A DNA stretch of 64,000 bases from an uncultured Actinomycetota bacterium (GCA_963770145.1 CAVYOJ010000015.1:209636-273635); one strand, 5' to 3'. Numbered from the stretch's first letter, positions 35,301 through 44,850 are shown. The notes: generated by a model not told the origin, from the sequence alone. Numbers and translations: made by a program.

Positions 35301-35462
35301 GCCGAACTGTCGGCCGCCGCGCTGGATCCGACGAGCGCGCGGTCGGCCGCGGCACAGGCATGGCCGGTCTTGCGCCGTTCGGGTGCTAAGCCGTGGATCA
35401 CCCGCTGCATCGCTGTCGTGCGCTGTGCTCCCGCACCGGCCCGGGTTGCCGTACGCGGATGA
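32355..35462 (+). CDS. AfsR/SARP family regulator: OmpR-type wHTH + BTAD + NB-ARC (STAND) + TPR repeats
   Basis: LADLLWDG..IQTYVSRLR; FGVEPG; P-loop GGAGLGKT; Walker B LLVVFDD; RYRLHDL; TPR-like NLG repeats; TAGTCT 7 nt before GTG 32355. Confidence 0.92.
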   Translation: MQFFLMGSVEARAGSESVVLGRKQERCLIGLLLLDCGRPVSLERLADLLWDGTPPDRARSVIQTYVSRLRARLAPYGVRISGTHGYRIDVDPRDVDFHQLRTGVDLAAEEADPARRLALLDGPLGLCRGPLLGDVAPPGLRLRLGAEAEDLQSTARELCAEAELALGHPDKAIRLVEATAADRPVRERMVAVLMEAYRMSGRKSEAIGVYHAARHALVDDFGVEPGSRLRHLYDEILREDADAAVAATGEVRGAQLPPAAVPFVGRVREFAELDRIVLGAAPPGPRAVVVAGGAGLGKTALVVQWAHHCAGDFPDGQVYVDMRGFTAGTPTTASEAMTQVILALGVDSHRIPTEPAALQPFYRRLTARRRLLVVFDDVATADQVRPALPTGPHTATLITSRRRLFGLTALGDASGLELLPLAPGDALALMTQLLPEHRDNRAVLIDLADLCAYMPLFLRISAANVRLCGDPASFAAAMHGDRALDHLQSGADPTVGARSALGLSYRSLPDHARRLFRAAGRSPLRFVTPDSAGAMLGMDPAQGRWLLERIADVHLVEEFGFGRYRLHDLIRTFAAEQDTGSDGDQALRRLMTFYVGAVTHATATATANEIVTPEQPEPAVALPALSDPHAAMAWLDGELPNIAAVVRFAAEHGPPEPAWQISRRLTHYFWIRRTLPEWRAINEAALAAARAAGRPDVVAPMLNALAVTIWTTNDLDRTRSLLEEALALNLRSGREAAQASNHTNLGSLCRQTGQLGAAFAHTRTAVRLGRRHDRPLTVANALLNLACLHHDLGVLYEASRTVDRALTTYRTLGSTDGQITSLNVLAEIRCELGHHRAAQSAAEQSLEMADTFGSVHGSIFARQAMTDLLIATGRPEAGRELSEAALASAVEHGDRRLIITAILRLAAVLAAVNCADRARHEAERARLLALEQHDLHGYVDALLIMAQLPGEPPQALSHARTAERAAAQVGLLLREAKAQLVRAELSAAALDPTSARSAAAQAWPVLRRSGAKPWITRCIAVVRCAPAPARVAVRG

Positions 35463-35492
35463 GGACAAGGGCGGGCCGGCCGTCCGTCGTGG

Positions 35493-35667
35493 TAGCGTGA
35501 GTGGACGGTTGTGGTGCGTAGTTGATTCCCTTCGTCTGTTTCGGCGCCGGCGGGAAATGTGACCGCGGCGTCTTTCCGGGCCGACTTAGCCCCTGGGTCC
35601 CAGGTGAGACAGTCCACAGCCGGCCGCACAGTGTGGACGTGCGGAAAATACTCATCTAGGAGAATGC
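35493..35667 (+). promoter_or_regulatory. Promoter (-10 TAGCGT) and long 5' UTR of the cold-shock gene
   Basis: About 160-nt leader ending in AGGAGA RBS; long leaders are typical of csp mRNAs. Confidence 0.5.
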
Positions 35668-35871
35668 ATGGCTCAGGGCAGCGTGAAGTGGTTCAACGGC
35701 GAGAAGGGCTTCGGCTTCATCGCCCCCGACGGTGGCGGCGCGGACGTGTTCGTCCACTACTCGGCGATCGACGCCGGTGGCTACCGCAGCCTCGACGAGA
35801 ACCAGCGCGTGGAGTTCGACATCACGCAGGGCCAGAAGGGCCCGCAGGCCGAGAACGTCCGGCCCGTCTGA
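35668..35871 (+). CDS. cspA: Cold-shock protein (CspA family)
   Basis: [30 protein letters not shown]. Confidence 0.96.
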   Translation: MAQGSVKWFNGEKGFGFIAPDGGGADVFVHYSAIDAGGYRSLDENQRVEFDITQGQKGPQAENVRPV

Positions 35872-35879
35872 TCTTCCGC

Positions 35880-35921
35880 GAACGGCGCTCGGCTCCCCGA
35901 CCGGGGACCCGGGCGCCGTTC
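35880..35921 (+). terminator. Hairpin terminator after the csp gene
   Basis: GAACGGCGCTCGG..TCCCC-gacc-GGGGA..CCGGGCGCCGTTC. Confidence 0.7.
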
Positions 35922-35981
35922 GGCGTTGCGGTCGACGGTGTGGTGCCGGCCGCCCGATCGTCGTCCTGGCAAGCTGGCGGC

Positions 35982-36336
35982 ATGGAACGAGTGCTCGGAG
36001 TCGGTGGATACTTCATGCGGGCCGCCGACCCGGCGGCCCTGAGCGCGTGGTATCGCGATTGCCTGGGCCTGGACGCCGACGAGAACGGCCTGTGGCGTCA
36101 GGGACGCCGGGCCGACGGTGTTCGCGACGTTCGAGTCCGAGACCGACTACTTCGGGTCCCGCGCTCAGCAGACCATGCTCAACTTCCGGGTCCGCGACCT
36201 CGATGCGATGCTCGCGCAATTGCGCGCCAAGGAAGCGGACGTGGCTGACGAGACACAGGACATGGAGGGTGTCGGTCGATTCGGCTGGGTCACCGATCCT
36301 GAGGGCAATCGGGTCGAGCTGTGGCAGCCCGCCTGA
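35982..36336 (+). CDS. VOC/glyoxalase family protein (frameshift near 36100)
   Basis: MERVLGVGGYFMRAADP..MLNFRVRDLDAML..WVTDPEGNRVELWQP. Confidence 0.85.
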
Positions 36337-36476
36337 CCGCGTCGTCACGCCGCGGGGTGACGTGCTAATGGCCTGCCGCGCGGGGGAGGCGGTGGTCGAG
36401 AAGTAGCCGACCGGCGCCCTCACCTCAGACTTTCGTCGGTGTCGGCCGGTCTCGGCGCCGACCTACCGTTCTGTGC

Positions 36477-36973
36477 ATGAGCAGCCTCGTCCTGACCTCC
36501 CACCGTCCGTGCGGCCGCGGTGTCGCCGCCGGCGTCCTGTATTCGGCCCTGATCTCCTTGGGCTTCTCCTCGCTGGTCGGCGAGTGGAGCGGGCTGTCCG
36601 GGCGGCCCGCCCTGATCGCGCTGGACATCGCCGTCGGCGTGCTCGGCATGGCCGCGTTGGTGCTGGTCCGCCGTGCCCCGGTCCGGCTCGCGCTGGTGCT
36701 GTCGGCACTGCTGAGCGTGTCCGTGTCGCTGACCCCCGTGGCCGGCACGGCGATGCTCTGGGTCGGTCAGCGCCGCCGGCTCCCGGTCGCGATCGCCGTG
36801 GCCGCCACCGGTGTCGGCGGCCACGTGGCGCGCGAGCTGTGGCGACCCGAGCCCGGCCGACCGCTGGTGCTGTGGCTGACCATCATCGCGCCTCCTACGC
36901 CGCCCTGATCGCCTGGGGCGCGCAGCACCGGGCCCGGCGCGCGCTGACGGACTCGCCGCGCGAGCGGGCCTGA
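36477..36973 (+). pseudogene. Truncated membrane-sensor part of a histidine-kinase-like gene
   Basis: TM segments ALDIAVGVLGMAALVLVRRAPV and AWGAQHRARRAL..RERA, stopping before any HisKA domain. Confidence 0.45.
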
Positions 36974-37098
36974 CCGCCCGAGACCGGCGCCATCGCCGGC
37001 TACAGCTGGATGGCGGCCGGCACGGCGACGGGGTCGCGGGGCGATTACGGTCTCTGTTGTCTCGGGCCGGGGGCACGGTGCGGAGCGGGGGTGGTGCG

Positions 37099-37503
37099 GT
37101 GGATCCCGATGATCGGATCAGGAGCGCGCTCGAGGAACACTGGCGGGCATCGGAATCCGGGGACATCGAAGCCGAGCACGCCATCTACGCGACGGACGCG
37201 ATCCTCGACTACCCGCAGTCGGGTGAACGGTTCCGTGGGCGCGCGGCCATCTCGGCGCAACGTGGCGGGCACCCTGCCGATCGGCACTTCACCGTCCTGC
37301 GGATCGTCGGCAGCGGAAGCCTGTGGGTGAGCGAGTGCGTGATCACCTACGACGGCGTGCCTACCTACTCGGTGAGCATCGTCGAGCTCGCCGACGAACA
37401 TGTGGTGCACGAGACCCAGTACTTCGCAGACACCTTCGGTGCGCCGGCATGGCGGACCGCACTCGCGGAGCCGATGCCGGGCAGGACCATCGCCAAGGCC
37501 TGA
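37099..37503 (+). CDS. NTF2/SnoaL-like family protein
   Basis: DAILDYPQSGERFRG..HETQYFADTF. Confidence 0.85.
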   Translation: MDPDDRIRSALEEHWRASESGDIEAEHAIYATDAILDYPQSGERFRGRAAISAQRGGHPADRHFTVLRIVGSGSLWVSECVITYDGVPTYSVSIVELADEHVVHETQYFADTFGAPAWRTALAEPMPGRTIAKA

Positions 37504-37634
37504 CCCGCTGCGAGGCCGGCGCGGCGGCCGCAGCGAGGATGACCCAGGCTACGGTCGAGCAACGGGCCATGGCTGCGGTACGCCTGCCTGGGCTCGGACG
37601 GCGTGGAAGACACGTGGACGCAGAAGGGACTGTG

Positions 37635-38018
37635 ATGTCGCATCCGGTCGTGCACTTCGAGGTCATCGGCAAGGACCCCGACCGGCTCCGCACCTACTTC
37701 GGTGAGTTGTTCGGCTGGCAGTTCGACACACCGTCACCGGTGGCGACCGAGGTCTCCGAACCGGACAAGTACGGATTCCTCGACCTCATCGCCACCGCCG
37801 ACGGCACCGGCATCCGCGGTGGCGTCGGCGGCGGAGCGGCCCACGAACCGCACGCTCTGTTCTACGTGGGCGTGCCGGACGTGGAGGCAGCACTCCAGCG
37901 GGCCGAGAGCCTCGGCGGCACCCGAGTGCTGGGCCCCGTGACCTCGCCCAGTGGGCTCGTCGTCGGCCACTTCACCGACCCCGAGGGCAACCTCATGGGC
38001 GTCGCCGGCACCGGCTGA
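37635..38018 (+). CDS. VOC/glyoxalase family protein
   Basis: PVVHFEVIGKD..FYVGVPDVE..HFTDPEGN. Confidence 0.9.
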   Translation: MSHPVVHFEVIGKDPDRLRTYFGELFGWQFDTPSPVATEVSEPDKYGFLDLIATADGTGIRGGVGGGAAHEPHALFYVGVPDVEAALQRAESLGGTRVLGPVTSPSGLVVGHFTDPEGNLMGVAGTG

Positions 38019-38073
38019 CCTCGCAGCCGGCCCGCCGACCCGTTTCCGGCCCGCCGGTACGGCGGCGCGGCCG

Positions 38074-38770
38074 TCAGCCCTGCGCCGGCTCGGCGACCCC
38101 GTACTCGTCGTGCCAGTTCCACCACTCGTACGGCGGGGTCTGCGGGTAGCCCGCCGGGCGAGTCCTCCCACTGCTCCTGCCGCCCCAGCGCCGTGATGTC
38201 GAGGTAGCTCCAGGTGCCCCCCATCACCTCGTCCCCGCGGCTGTTGACGAAGTAGGTGCGGAACACCCGGTCGCCGTCGCGGATGAACGCGTTCGTGCCG
38301 TGCCACTCGTCCACACCGAAGTCGGCGTCGAAGTCGTCGGTCATCGCGTACCAGGGCATCGTCCAGCCCATCCGTGCCTTCACCCGCTGGATGTCCGACT
38401 GCGGCGCGCGGGAGGCGAAGGCGAGGGTGGTGTCGCGGGCGTTCAGGTGGGCGACGTGCGCGACCTGATCGGCCACCATGGAGCAGCCGCGGCAGGCGTG
38501 GTCGGGCCAGCCGAACACGCCGGGCTCGAAGAAGGCGCGGTAGACGATCAGCTGGCGACGACCCTCGAACAGGTCGAGCAGGCTCACCGTGCCGTCGGGT
38601 CCGTCGAACTGGTAGTCCTTCTCCACCGCCATCCACGGCATCCGCCGGCGGTCCGCGGCCAGCGCATCGCGGGCGCGGGTCAGCTCCTTCTCCTTCACCA
38701 GCAGCTGCTGGCGCGCGGTCTCCCACTGTTCGGGCGAGACGATCGGGGGTGTCTTCATCGTGCTGTCCAC
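38074..38770 (-). CDS. DUF899 (thioredoxin-like) protein, frameshift near 38155
   Basis: KEKELTRARDALAADRRRMPW, LFEGRRQLIVY, CRGCS, LGRQEQWEDSP, then YPQTPPYEWWNWHDEY. Confidence 0.88.
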
Positions 38771-38804
38771 CTTCCTTCCAGGTCCAGAGGTGCGATGTGC
38801 CCGC

Positions 38805-39134
38805 TCACCGGCTGAGGTGATCCTGCAACGCTTCCAGCGGGCCGTCCCAGTCGCGGGCCAGCGCGGCCAGGAACTGCTGCGCCACCTGCATCGGCGCGGA
38901 GCGGAGCCGGAACCGGACCCGACGCCGCTCGCCCGGTTCGGCGGTCAGCAGGCCGGCCTCGGCCAGCAGAGCCAGATGCTTGGCGATCGCCTGCCGGGTG
39001 ATCGGCAGGCGACCGGCCAGGTCCGTCGCCGTGGCCGGACCGCCCGAGGCCAGCGCGGCCAGGATGGCGCGGCGGGTCGGGTCGGCCAGCGCGGCGAAGA
39101 CCCGTTCGGCGATCGCCTCGTTGTCAGGCGGCAT
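38805..39134 (-). CDS. ArsR/SmtB family regulator
   Basis: VFAALADPTRRAIL..ITRQAIAKHLALL. Confidence 0.9.
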   Translation of the reverse strand: MPPDNEAIAERVFAALADPTRRAILAALASGGPATATDLAGRLPITRQAIAKHLALLAEAGLLTAEPGERRRVRFRLRSAPMQVAQQFLAALARDWDGPLEALQDHLSR

Positions 39135-39555
39135 CGAGGTAGTCGACCAGTTCACCCAGCTCGCTCGCCCAACCCCGGGTGTTGCCGTCGTGCGCCTTGC
39201 CGTGCACGTCGTCCGGCAGCTGGGCGAAGCCGGTCTCGACCACCGTCAGCCGGGTGCCCGCGCCGACCGGCTCGAGCGTGAACTCGACGTACGTGCGGCG
39301 CGGATCGTCCTCCGGCAGGCCGTAGATCTGCCAGGTGAAGCCGAACACGCTCGGCTCCTCGACGCGTTCGACCCGCATGTCCACGGCGTGGCCGCCGGTC
39401 CACGTCATCCGGGCCGACCCGCCCGGGCGCAGGTCGATCGTCGCCTGGTTGCCGAACCAGGTGCCGAGGCCCTCGGCCGTGGTGAGTGCGGTCCAGACCG
39501 CGGCCGGCGGGTGGGCGATCTCGACGACCCGCTCGATGCGATCGGGGAATCCCAT
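39124..39555 (-). CDS. SRPBCC/AHSA1 domain protein
   Basis: IERVVEIAHPPAAVWTALT..GTRLTVVETGF..GW. Confidence 0.9.
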   Translation of the reverse strand: MGFPDRIERVVEIAHPPAAVWTALTTAEGLGTWFGNQATIDLRPGGSARMTWTGGHAVDMRVERVEEPSVFGFTWQIYGLPEDDPRRTYVEFTLEPVGAGTRLTVVETGFAQLPDDVHGKAHDGNTRGWASELGELVDYLDAA

Positions 39556-39574
39556 GACTGCCTCCCACTAAGTA

Positions 39575-39615
39575 GCAACTTCTTGGTTGCCACATTATGG
39601 CAACCGTTCAGTTGC
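39575..39615. promoter_or_regulatory. Two GCAAC-N6-GTTGC palindromes, probable ArsR operator
   Basis: 39575-39590 and 39600-39615, directly upstream of the SRPBCC-ArsR operon. Confidence 0.75.
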
Positions 39616-39707
39616 GTCAACACGACGCGGTACGGACGGCCCACCGGGTTCGCCGGTGCTGGGCCGGTCTTCCGGCCCAGCACCACGCCGTTGCGGCCGG
39701 GGGCCTT

Positions 39708-40283
39708 CTAGGGGGACTCGTCCCCACGGTGGCGTCGCAACACGGTCAGCGCGGCCAGGTCGGCGGTGTCGACCATGGTGAACCGGAACTCGGCGGGCGT
39801 GCCGGTCGCGAACAGCCGGTCGCCCGCTCCGACGACGGTCGGGAAGGTGACCAGCCGGTACTCGTCCACGAGGTCGGCCGCGGCCAGGGCGTGCACCAGG
39901 CTGAGGCTGCCGATCACGATGACGTCCCGCCGGCTGCTCTCCTCCTTGACCCAGGCGAGCGGATCACCGTCGATAGCCGCCGAGTTCGACCACGCGGTCG
40001 CGTCGATGCCCGTCCGGGTGGCGACGCGCTTCGGCACCGCGTTCATCAGCCGGGCGAAATCACCGTCGCGGCCGGGCCAGAGCCGGGCGAAGTGCTCCCA
40101 GGTCCGCCGGCCGTAGAGCTGGACGCCGTGCTCCATCCGGGCACCGAGCCGGAACTTGTCATCGGTGACCGGCCCCGGCCCGTACCGGAACGCCCAGCCG
40201 CCGTAGGCGGTGCCCCAGCGCCCGTCGGGATCGGAGACCACGCCGTCCAGCGTCGCGAACTGAACCACTATGACGTCACCCAT
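39708..40283 (-). CDS. Dihydrofolate reductase/RibD C-terminal domain protein
   Basis: FATLDGVV, LYGRRTWE, IGSLSLV..LVDEYRLVTFPTVVGAGDRLF. Confidence 0.88.
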   Translation of the reverse strand: MGDVIVVQFATLDGVVSDPDGRWGTAYGGWAFRYGPGPVTDDKFRLGARMEHGVQLYGRRTWEHFARLWPGRDGDFARLMNAVPKRVATRTGIDATAWSNSAAIDGDPLAWVKEESSRRDVIVIGSLSLVHALAAADLVDEYRLVTFPTVVGAGDRLFATGTPAEFRFTMVDTADLAALTVLRRHRGDESP

Positions 40284-40336
40284 CGCGGGCTCCCTCGTGC
40301 CGTGGCGGCCGCTGTCCGGCCGCCCTCACCCGACAC

Positions 40337-40364
40337 CTACCGACGCCGGGCAGCGGACTCATCG
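40337..40364 (-). promoter_or_regulatory. Candidate SigG/ECF56-type promoter CGATGA-N18-GTAG
   Basis: Minus strand reads CGATGA gtccgctgcccggcgtcg GTAG upstream of the RibD-C gene, divergent from the sigma gene; consensus recalled from memory. Confidence 0.55.
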
Positions 40365-40415
40365 CCCACCGGCGCGAGAAGTTCCTGGGCATGGTCCGGC
40401 GTACGCTTCGCCCGG

Positions 40416-41410
40416 GTGACCGGGGCGACGATGGACGACCGGCACGAGCAGCACGAGGCCTTCCGCGGTGACCTGCTGGCGCACTGCTACCGGATGCTCG
40501 GATCGTTCGACGAGGCCGAGGACCTGGTCCAGGAGACGCTGCTGCGGGCCTGGCGGGCGGCCGACCGGTACGACCCGCAGCGGGCTTCGCTGCGCACCTG
40601 GCTGCACCGGATCGCCACCAACGCCTGCCTCACCGCGCTGGAAGGACGAGCGCGGCGGCCGCTGCCGAGCGGGCTGGGACCCGCGGGCGACGATCCGCAG
40701 GCGCCGCTGCTGCCCAGCCTCGACATCCCGTGGTTGCAACCCTTCCCGGACGCCCGGCTGGGCGACCCCGCGGACGTCACCCAGCAGCGCGCAGGGCTGC
40801 GGCTGGCCCTGGTCGCGGCGCTGCAGCTCCTGCCTGCTCGCCAACGTGCGACGCTGATGCTGCGCGAGGTGCTGCAGCTACCGGCCGCCGACGTGGCGCA
40901 GGCGTTGGACAGCAGCGTCGCCTCGGTGAACAGCAGCCTGCAGCGCGCCCGGGCGACGCTGCGGGCCGCCGAGCCGGCGCTGGAACGAGCTGCGCGAGCC
41001 GGCCGACCCCGACGAGCGCGCGGTGATCGAGCGTTACGTGACGGCGTTCGAGGCAGCCGACGTGCCCGGCCTGACCCGGCTGCTGGCCGACGACGTGGTG
41101 CTGGAGATGCCGCCGGTGGCGCTGTGGTTCGTCGGCTCGGCGCACTACCGCGAGTTCATGGAGCGGGTCTTCGCCATGCGCGGGACGGGCTGGCGACTGC
41201 TGCCCGTGCGCGCCAATGGGAGCTCGGCCCTGGCCGCCTACGCCCCCGACCCGGCCACCGGAGGAGCTTCGGGCGCACTCGCTGCAGGTGTTCGACGTGG
41301 CCGGCGGCCTGATCCGATACTGCGTGACGTTCGCCGACCCGACGGTGTTCGGCCTGTTCGACCTCCCGCCGGCAGTGCCGGATCGTGCCCGCCGCACCGC
41401 TCACTCATGA
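40416..41410 (+). CDS. sigG: ECF sigma factor with C-terminal SnoaL-like domain (SigG/ECF56-like); frameshifts near 40990 and 41265
   Basis: LLAHCYRMLGSFDEAEDLVQET, WLHRIATNACL, RRPLPSGL, WLQPFPD, LEMPP, ANG. Confidence 0.85.
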
Positions 41411-41594
41411 ACTTTCCCGGCGGTGCCGTCCCGTCGACGTACGTTCCTGCGGCCTCGCTCTCCGGCACGATGGTCGAGCCGAACATCATGGCGTGGTCCT
41501 GGCGTGCGCGAGGGACGGCGCCGCCCGGTTGCGGATCGGTCGCGATCCAGGGCGCCGACGTAATCGCTTGTCCGCCCGCCTACGGTCGGAGGCG

Positions 41595-42226
41595 ATGAGG
41601 AACGAGCCCGGCGACGGGGCCGGTGCAGGGAGCACGGTGAACGTGGGCGCGCGACTGACGCGGCGACTGCGTCTCGAGCCGATCGGACCGGAGCACGCCC
41701 AGGATGTGTGGCAGCTGTACCAGGACCCGGCGATCGTGAGGTGGGTTCCGGTCCCTGGTCACCGCAGCAGGCGGAGGCCTTTGCCGTCGGCTGGCGCCGC
41801 AAGTGGGAGCAGGACTCGGTCGGCAAGTGGATGGCGTACCTGCATGACGGCAGCCTGGTGGGCCGCGGCGGCCTGTCTCGCATGCCTCGCGGTGCGAGGT
41901 CCACCAGGCAGATCCAGGACCTCGTCGACCCGTGCTGGCGCGCGGGCCGACTGGAGATCGGGTGGGCACTGCGCAGCGAGTTCCACGGCCAGGGCTACGC
42001 CAGTGAGATCGGTCGGGAGGGGTTGGCGTTCGCCAACGAGGTGCTCGCCAGCCATGCCGTTGTCTCCTTCACCGAGCGGCACAACATCGCGTCCCGTCGG
42101 GTGATGGAGCGGATCGGCATGACGTTCGCCGGGCAGATCCGATGGCGGGGCCTGGCCGAAGGGCAGGTCGACGAGCGGGACGATGCGCCCTTCGCCGTCT
42201 ACGTGACCCACCTGGCCGTTCCCTGA
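41595..42226 (+). CDS. GNAT (RimJ/RimL-like) acetyltransferase, frameshift near 41745
   Basis: TRRLRLEPI, EIGWAL..HGQGYASE, NIASRRVMERIGM; GGAGG RBS. Confidence 0.82.
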
Positions 42227-42286
42227 GTGCCTTCCCTGCTTCGCCGAACGGCCCCACGAAGCGTCCGGAGCCGCGACCATTTCATC

Positions 42287-42845
42287 ATGGCGTACATCGA
42301 TCTCGGCCTGGACGAGACCCGACATCCAGGGATTACCGGGCTGCTCGCCTACCGCCCGGAAACCGCCCGCCCGATCGAGGCGCTCGTCGACGCACTGCTC
42401 GTCGCACCCAATTCGCTGGCCCGGGGTGAGCGTCGAACTGATCGCCGCCTACGTCTCGGCCCTCAACGACTGCCTGTTCTGCCGCAACGCCCATTCGGCG
42501 TTCGCCGCCGCGCAGCTCGACGCCGGAATGCCGTTGATCGAGCAGGTCTGCGCCGACCTGGACACCGCCCCGCTGTCCCCGAAGCTACGGGCGTTGCTGC
42601 GGATGGCCGCCGCAGTGCAACGGAACGGCCAGGCCGTGACGCCCGAGCTGGTCAACGCCGCGCGGGCCGAGGGCGCCACCGACGTCGAAGTGCACGACAC
42701 CGTCCTCATCGCGGCCGCATTCTGCATGCTGAACCGGTATGTGGACGGACTCGGGACGGTCGCTCCCAGCGATCCCAGCCGTTACCAGGCGTCCGTTCCC
42801 CGCATCGTCGCCTGCGGCTACTCCACCGAGGATCGGGGCGACTGA
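42287..42845 (+). CDS. Carboxymuconolactone decarboxylase/AhpD-like peroxidase-related protein, frameshift near 42433
   Basis: ELIAAYVSALNDCLFCRNAH (CxxC..H), AAAFCMLNRYVDGL. Confidence 0.85.
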
Positions 42846-42900
42846 CGGTCATCTCCGTCGCCGTATCTCCTGCGGGTGCGGACCGGCCGGCGGCGCGGGA

Positions 42901-44724
42901 TCAGGCGAGGCGGAAGACCCTGGACTCCCAGGGAGCGAGCGGGTCGGTGGGGGCGGCAGTGCAGCCCGGGACGGACGCGACGAGCGCGTCCGCGGAGGTC
43001 CACGCGGCCAGCTCGGACAGGTCGGCGACGATGTCAGCTGCGGACGAGAGGTTGGCGACGACCAGCAGCCGGGTGTCGCCGAAGGAGCGTTCGAAGCAGT
43101 ACAGCTGCGGGTGGTCGGCCAGGAGCATCCGGAACGTCCCGTGCGCGACGCAGGGCTCGGCGTGCCGCAGCGCGATGAGCCTGCGGTAGTGCGAGAGGAC
43201 CGAGCCGGGATCGTCCACCTGTGCGGCTGCGTTGACCGAGCCGGACAGTGGGTGGACGTCGAGCCAGGGCGTACCGGTGGTGAAGCCGGCGCCGGGCGAG
43301 GCGTCCCAAGGCATCGGAATCCGAGCGTTGTCGCGGCCCTTGTACGCCAGCGCCCTGAGCACGTCGGCGGGATCCTCGCCGCGCGCGACCGCGGTGGCGT
43401 AGTGGTTGAGCGACTCGACATCACGCAGCTGATCGACCCTGGTGAAGCCCGGGTTGGTCATCCCGAGCTCGTCGCCCTGGTAGACGAACGGCGTGCCGCG
43501 GTGCAGGTGCAGCACGGTTGCCAGCGCCTTCGCGGACTGTTCCCGGTGCTCCGGCCGGTCGGAGCCGAACCGGCTGACGCACCGCGGCTGGTCGTGGTTT
43601 CCGAGGTAGAGACTGTTCCACCCGACCGCGGCCAGTCCGTCCTGCCACCGCCCGAGCGACTGCTTGAGCTGGAGCATCCGGACCGGCCGGATGTCCCACT
43701 TCCCCTTCGGGCCCGAGTCGAGGTCGACGTGCTCGAACTGGAACACAATGTCCAGCTCGCCGCGTGCTGGGTCGGTGTAGAGCACCGCCTCCTCCACCGA
43801 GCAGCCCGGCGTCTCACCGACGTTGAGCAGCCCGGCCGGACGACCGGCGAAGACCTCGCGGTGCATCTCCTGGAGGAACTCGTGCACACGGGGTCCGTTG
43901 AGCACGAACGCAGGTGTGTCGGCGAAGCCGACCGTGTCGACGACACCCGGCCAGCGCGGGTCCCGTTCGCCGCCGATCACGCCGTCCGGCAGCGTGACCC
44001 GGCCGTCGGCGCCGACCGGCCCGACCACCTTCGAGATCACGTTGATGACGTCCATCCGGAAGCCGTCAACCCCGCGGTCCAGCCAGTAGCGCATCATGGC
44101 GTAGACCGCCTGCCGCACCTCCGGGTTCTCCCAGTTGAGATCGGGCTGCTCGGGCGCGAACAGGTGCAGGTAGTACTCGCCGGTGCGGTCGTCGTACGCC
44201 CAGGCCGAGCCGCCGAACGCGGAGCCCCAGTTGGTCGGCTCGGATCCCGGCGACCCGGGCGCGTGACCCGGCCGCGGGAGGCGCCACCAGTACCAGTCGC
44301 GCTTGGGGTTGTCCCTCGACGAGCGCGACTCGGTGAACCAGGCGTGCGCGGAGCTGGTGTGGTTGACGACGAGGTCCATCACCAGCTTCATGTCGCGCGC
44401 GTGCAGCTTCGCGATCAGCTCGTCGAGCTGCTCGAGCGTGCCGAAGAGCGGGTCGACGTCGTGGTAGTCGGAGATGTCGTAGCCGTTGTCGGCCATCGGC
44501 GAGCGGTAGACCGGGCTCAGCCAGACGACGTCGACGCCGAGCAGCTCGAAATGGTCGAGGTGGTCCAGGATCCCGCCGAGGTCGCCGACCCCGTCACCGT
44601 CGCTGTCGGCGAAGCTGCGTGGGTAGACCTGATAGACCACCGCGGACTTCCACCAGTCCCGCCGGCCGGCGGAGCCGGGATGCAGCTCGGTGTCGACGGC
44701 GGGGTGCGGGTCGGCCGAGGACAC
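42901..44724 (-). CDS. GH13 oligo-1,6-glucosidase/alpha-glucosidase (start uncertain)
   Basis: WWKSAVVYQVYPRSFADS, DNGYD, DLVVNHTS, QPDLNWEN, GFRMDVIN, NHDQPR. Confidence 0.93.
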   Translation of the reverse strand: MSSADPHPAVDTELHPGSAGRRDWWKSAVVYQVYPRSFADSDGDGVGDLGGILDHLDHFELLGVDVVWLSPVYRSPMADNGYDISDYHDVDPLFGTLEQLDELIAKLHARDMKLVMDLVVNHTSSAHAWFTESRSSRDNPKRDWYWWRLPRPGHAPGSPGSEPTNWGSAFGGSAWAYDDRTGEYYLHLFAPEQPDLNWENPEVRQAVYAMMRYWLDRGVDGFRMDVINVISKVVGPVGADGRVTLPDGVIGGERDPRWPGVVDTVGFADTPAFVLNGPRVHEFLQEMHREVFAGRPAGLLNVGETPGCSVEEAVLYTDPARGELDIVFQFEHVDLDSGPKGKWDIRPVRMLQLKQSLGRWQDGLAAVGWNSLYLGNHDQPRCVSRFGSDRPEHREQSAKALATVLHLHRGTPFVYQGDELGMTNPGFTRVDQLRDVESLNHYATAVARGEDPADVLRALAYKGRDNARIPMPWDASPGAGFTTGTPWLDVHPLSGSVNAAAQVDDPGSVLSHYRRLIALRHAEPCVAHGTFRMLLADHPQLYCFERSFGDTRLLVVANLSSAADIVADLSELAAWTSADALVASVPGCTAAPTDPLAPWESRVFRLA

Positions 44725-44850
44725 GACCAGGACTCGACCACGCACCACCGTCATCCGCAACCGGCACGCCCCGCCGGGCAGCGCCCGGAGCGCCGCACCT
44801 GAGGCCAGCCAGGCCGGCTGCCTGTCGGTGCCGGCTGATAGACAGGCGGC

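Noticed and set aside
29577-35462. Secondary-metabolite biosynthetic cluster around the SARP
   Set aside because: No PKS, NRPS, RiPP-modifying or terpene genes nearby; only one methyltransferase with its own AraC regulator
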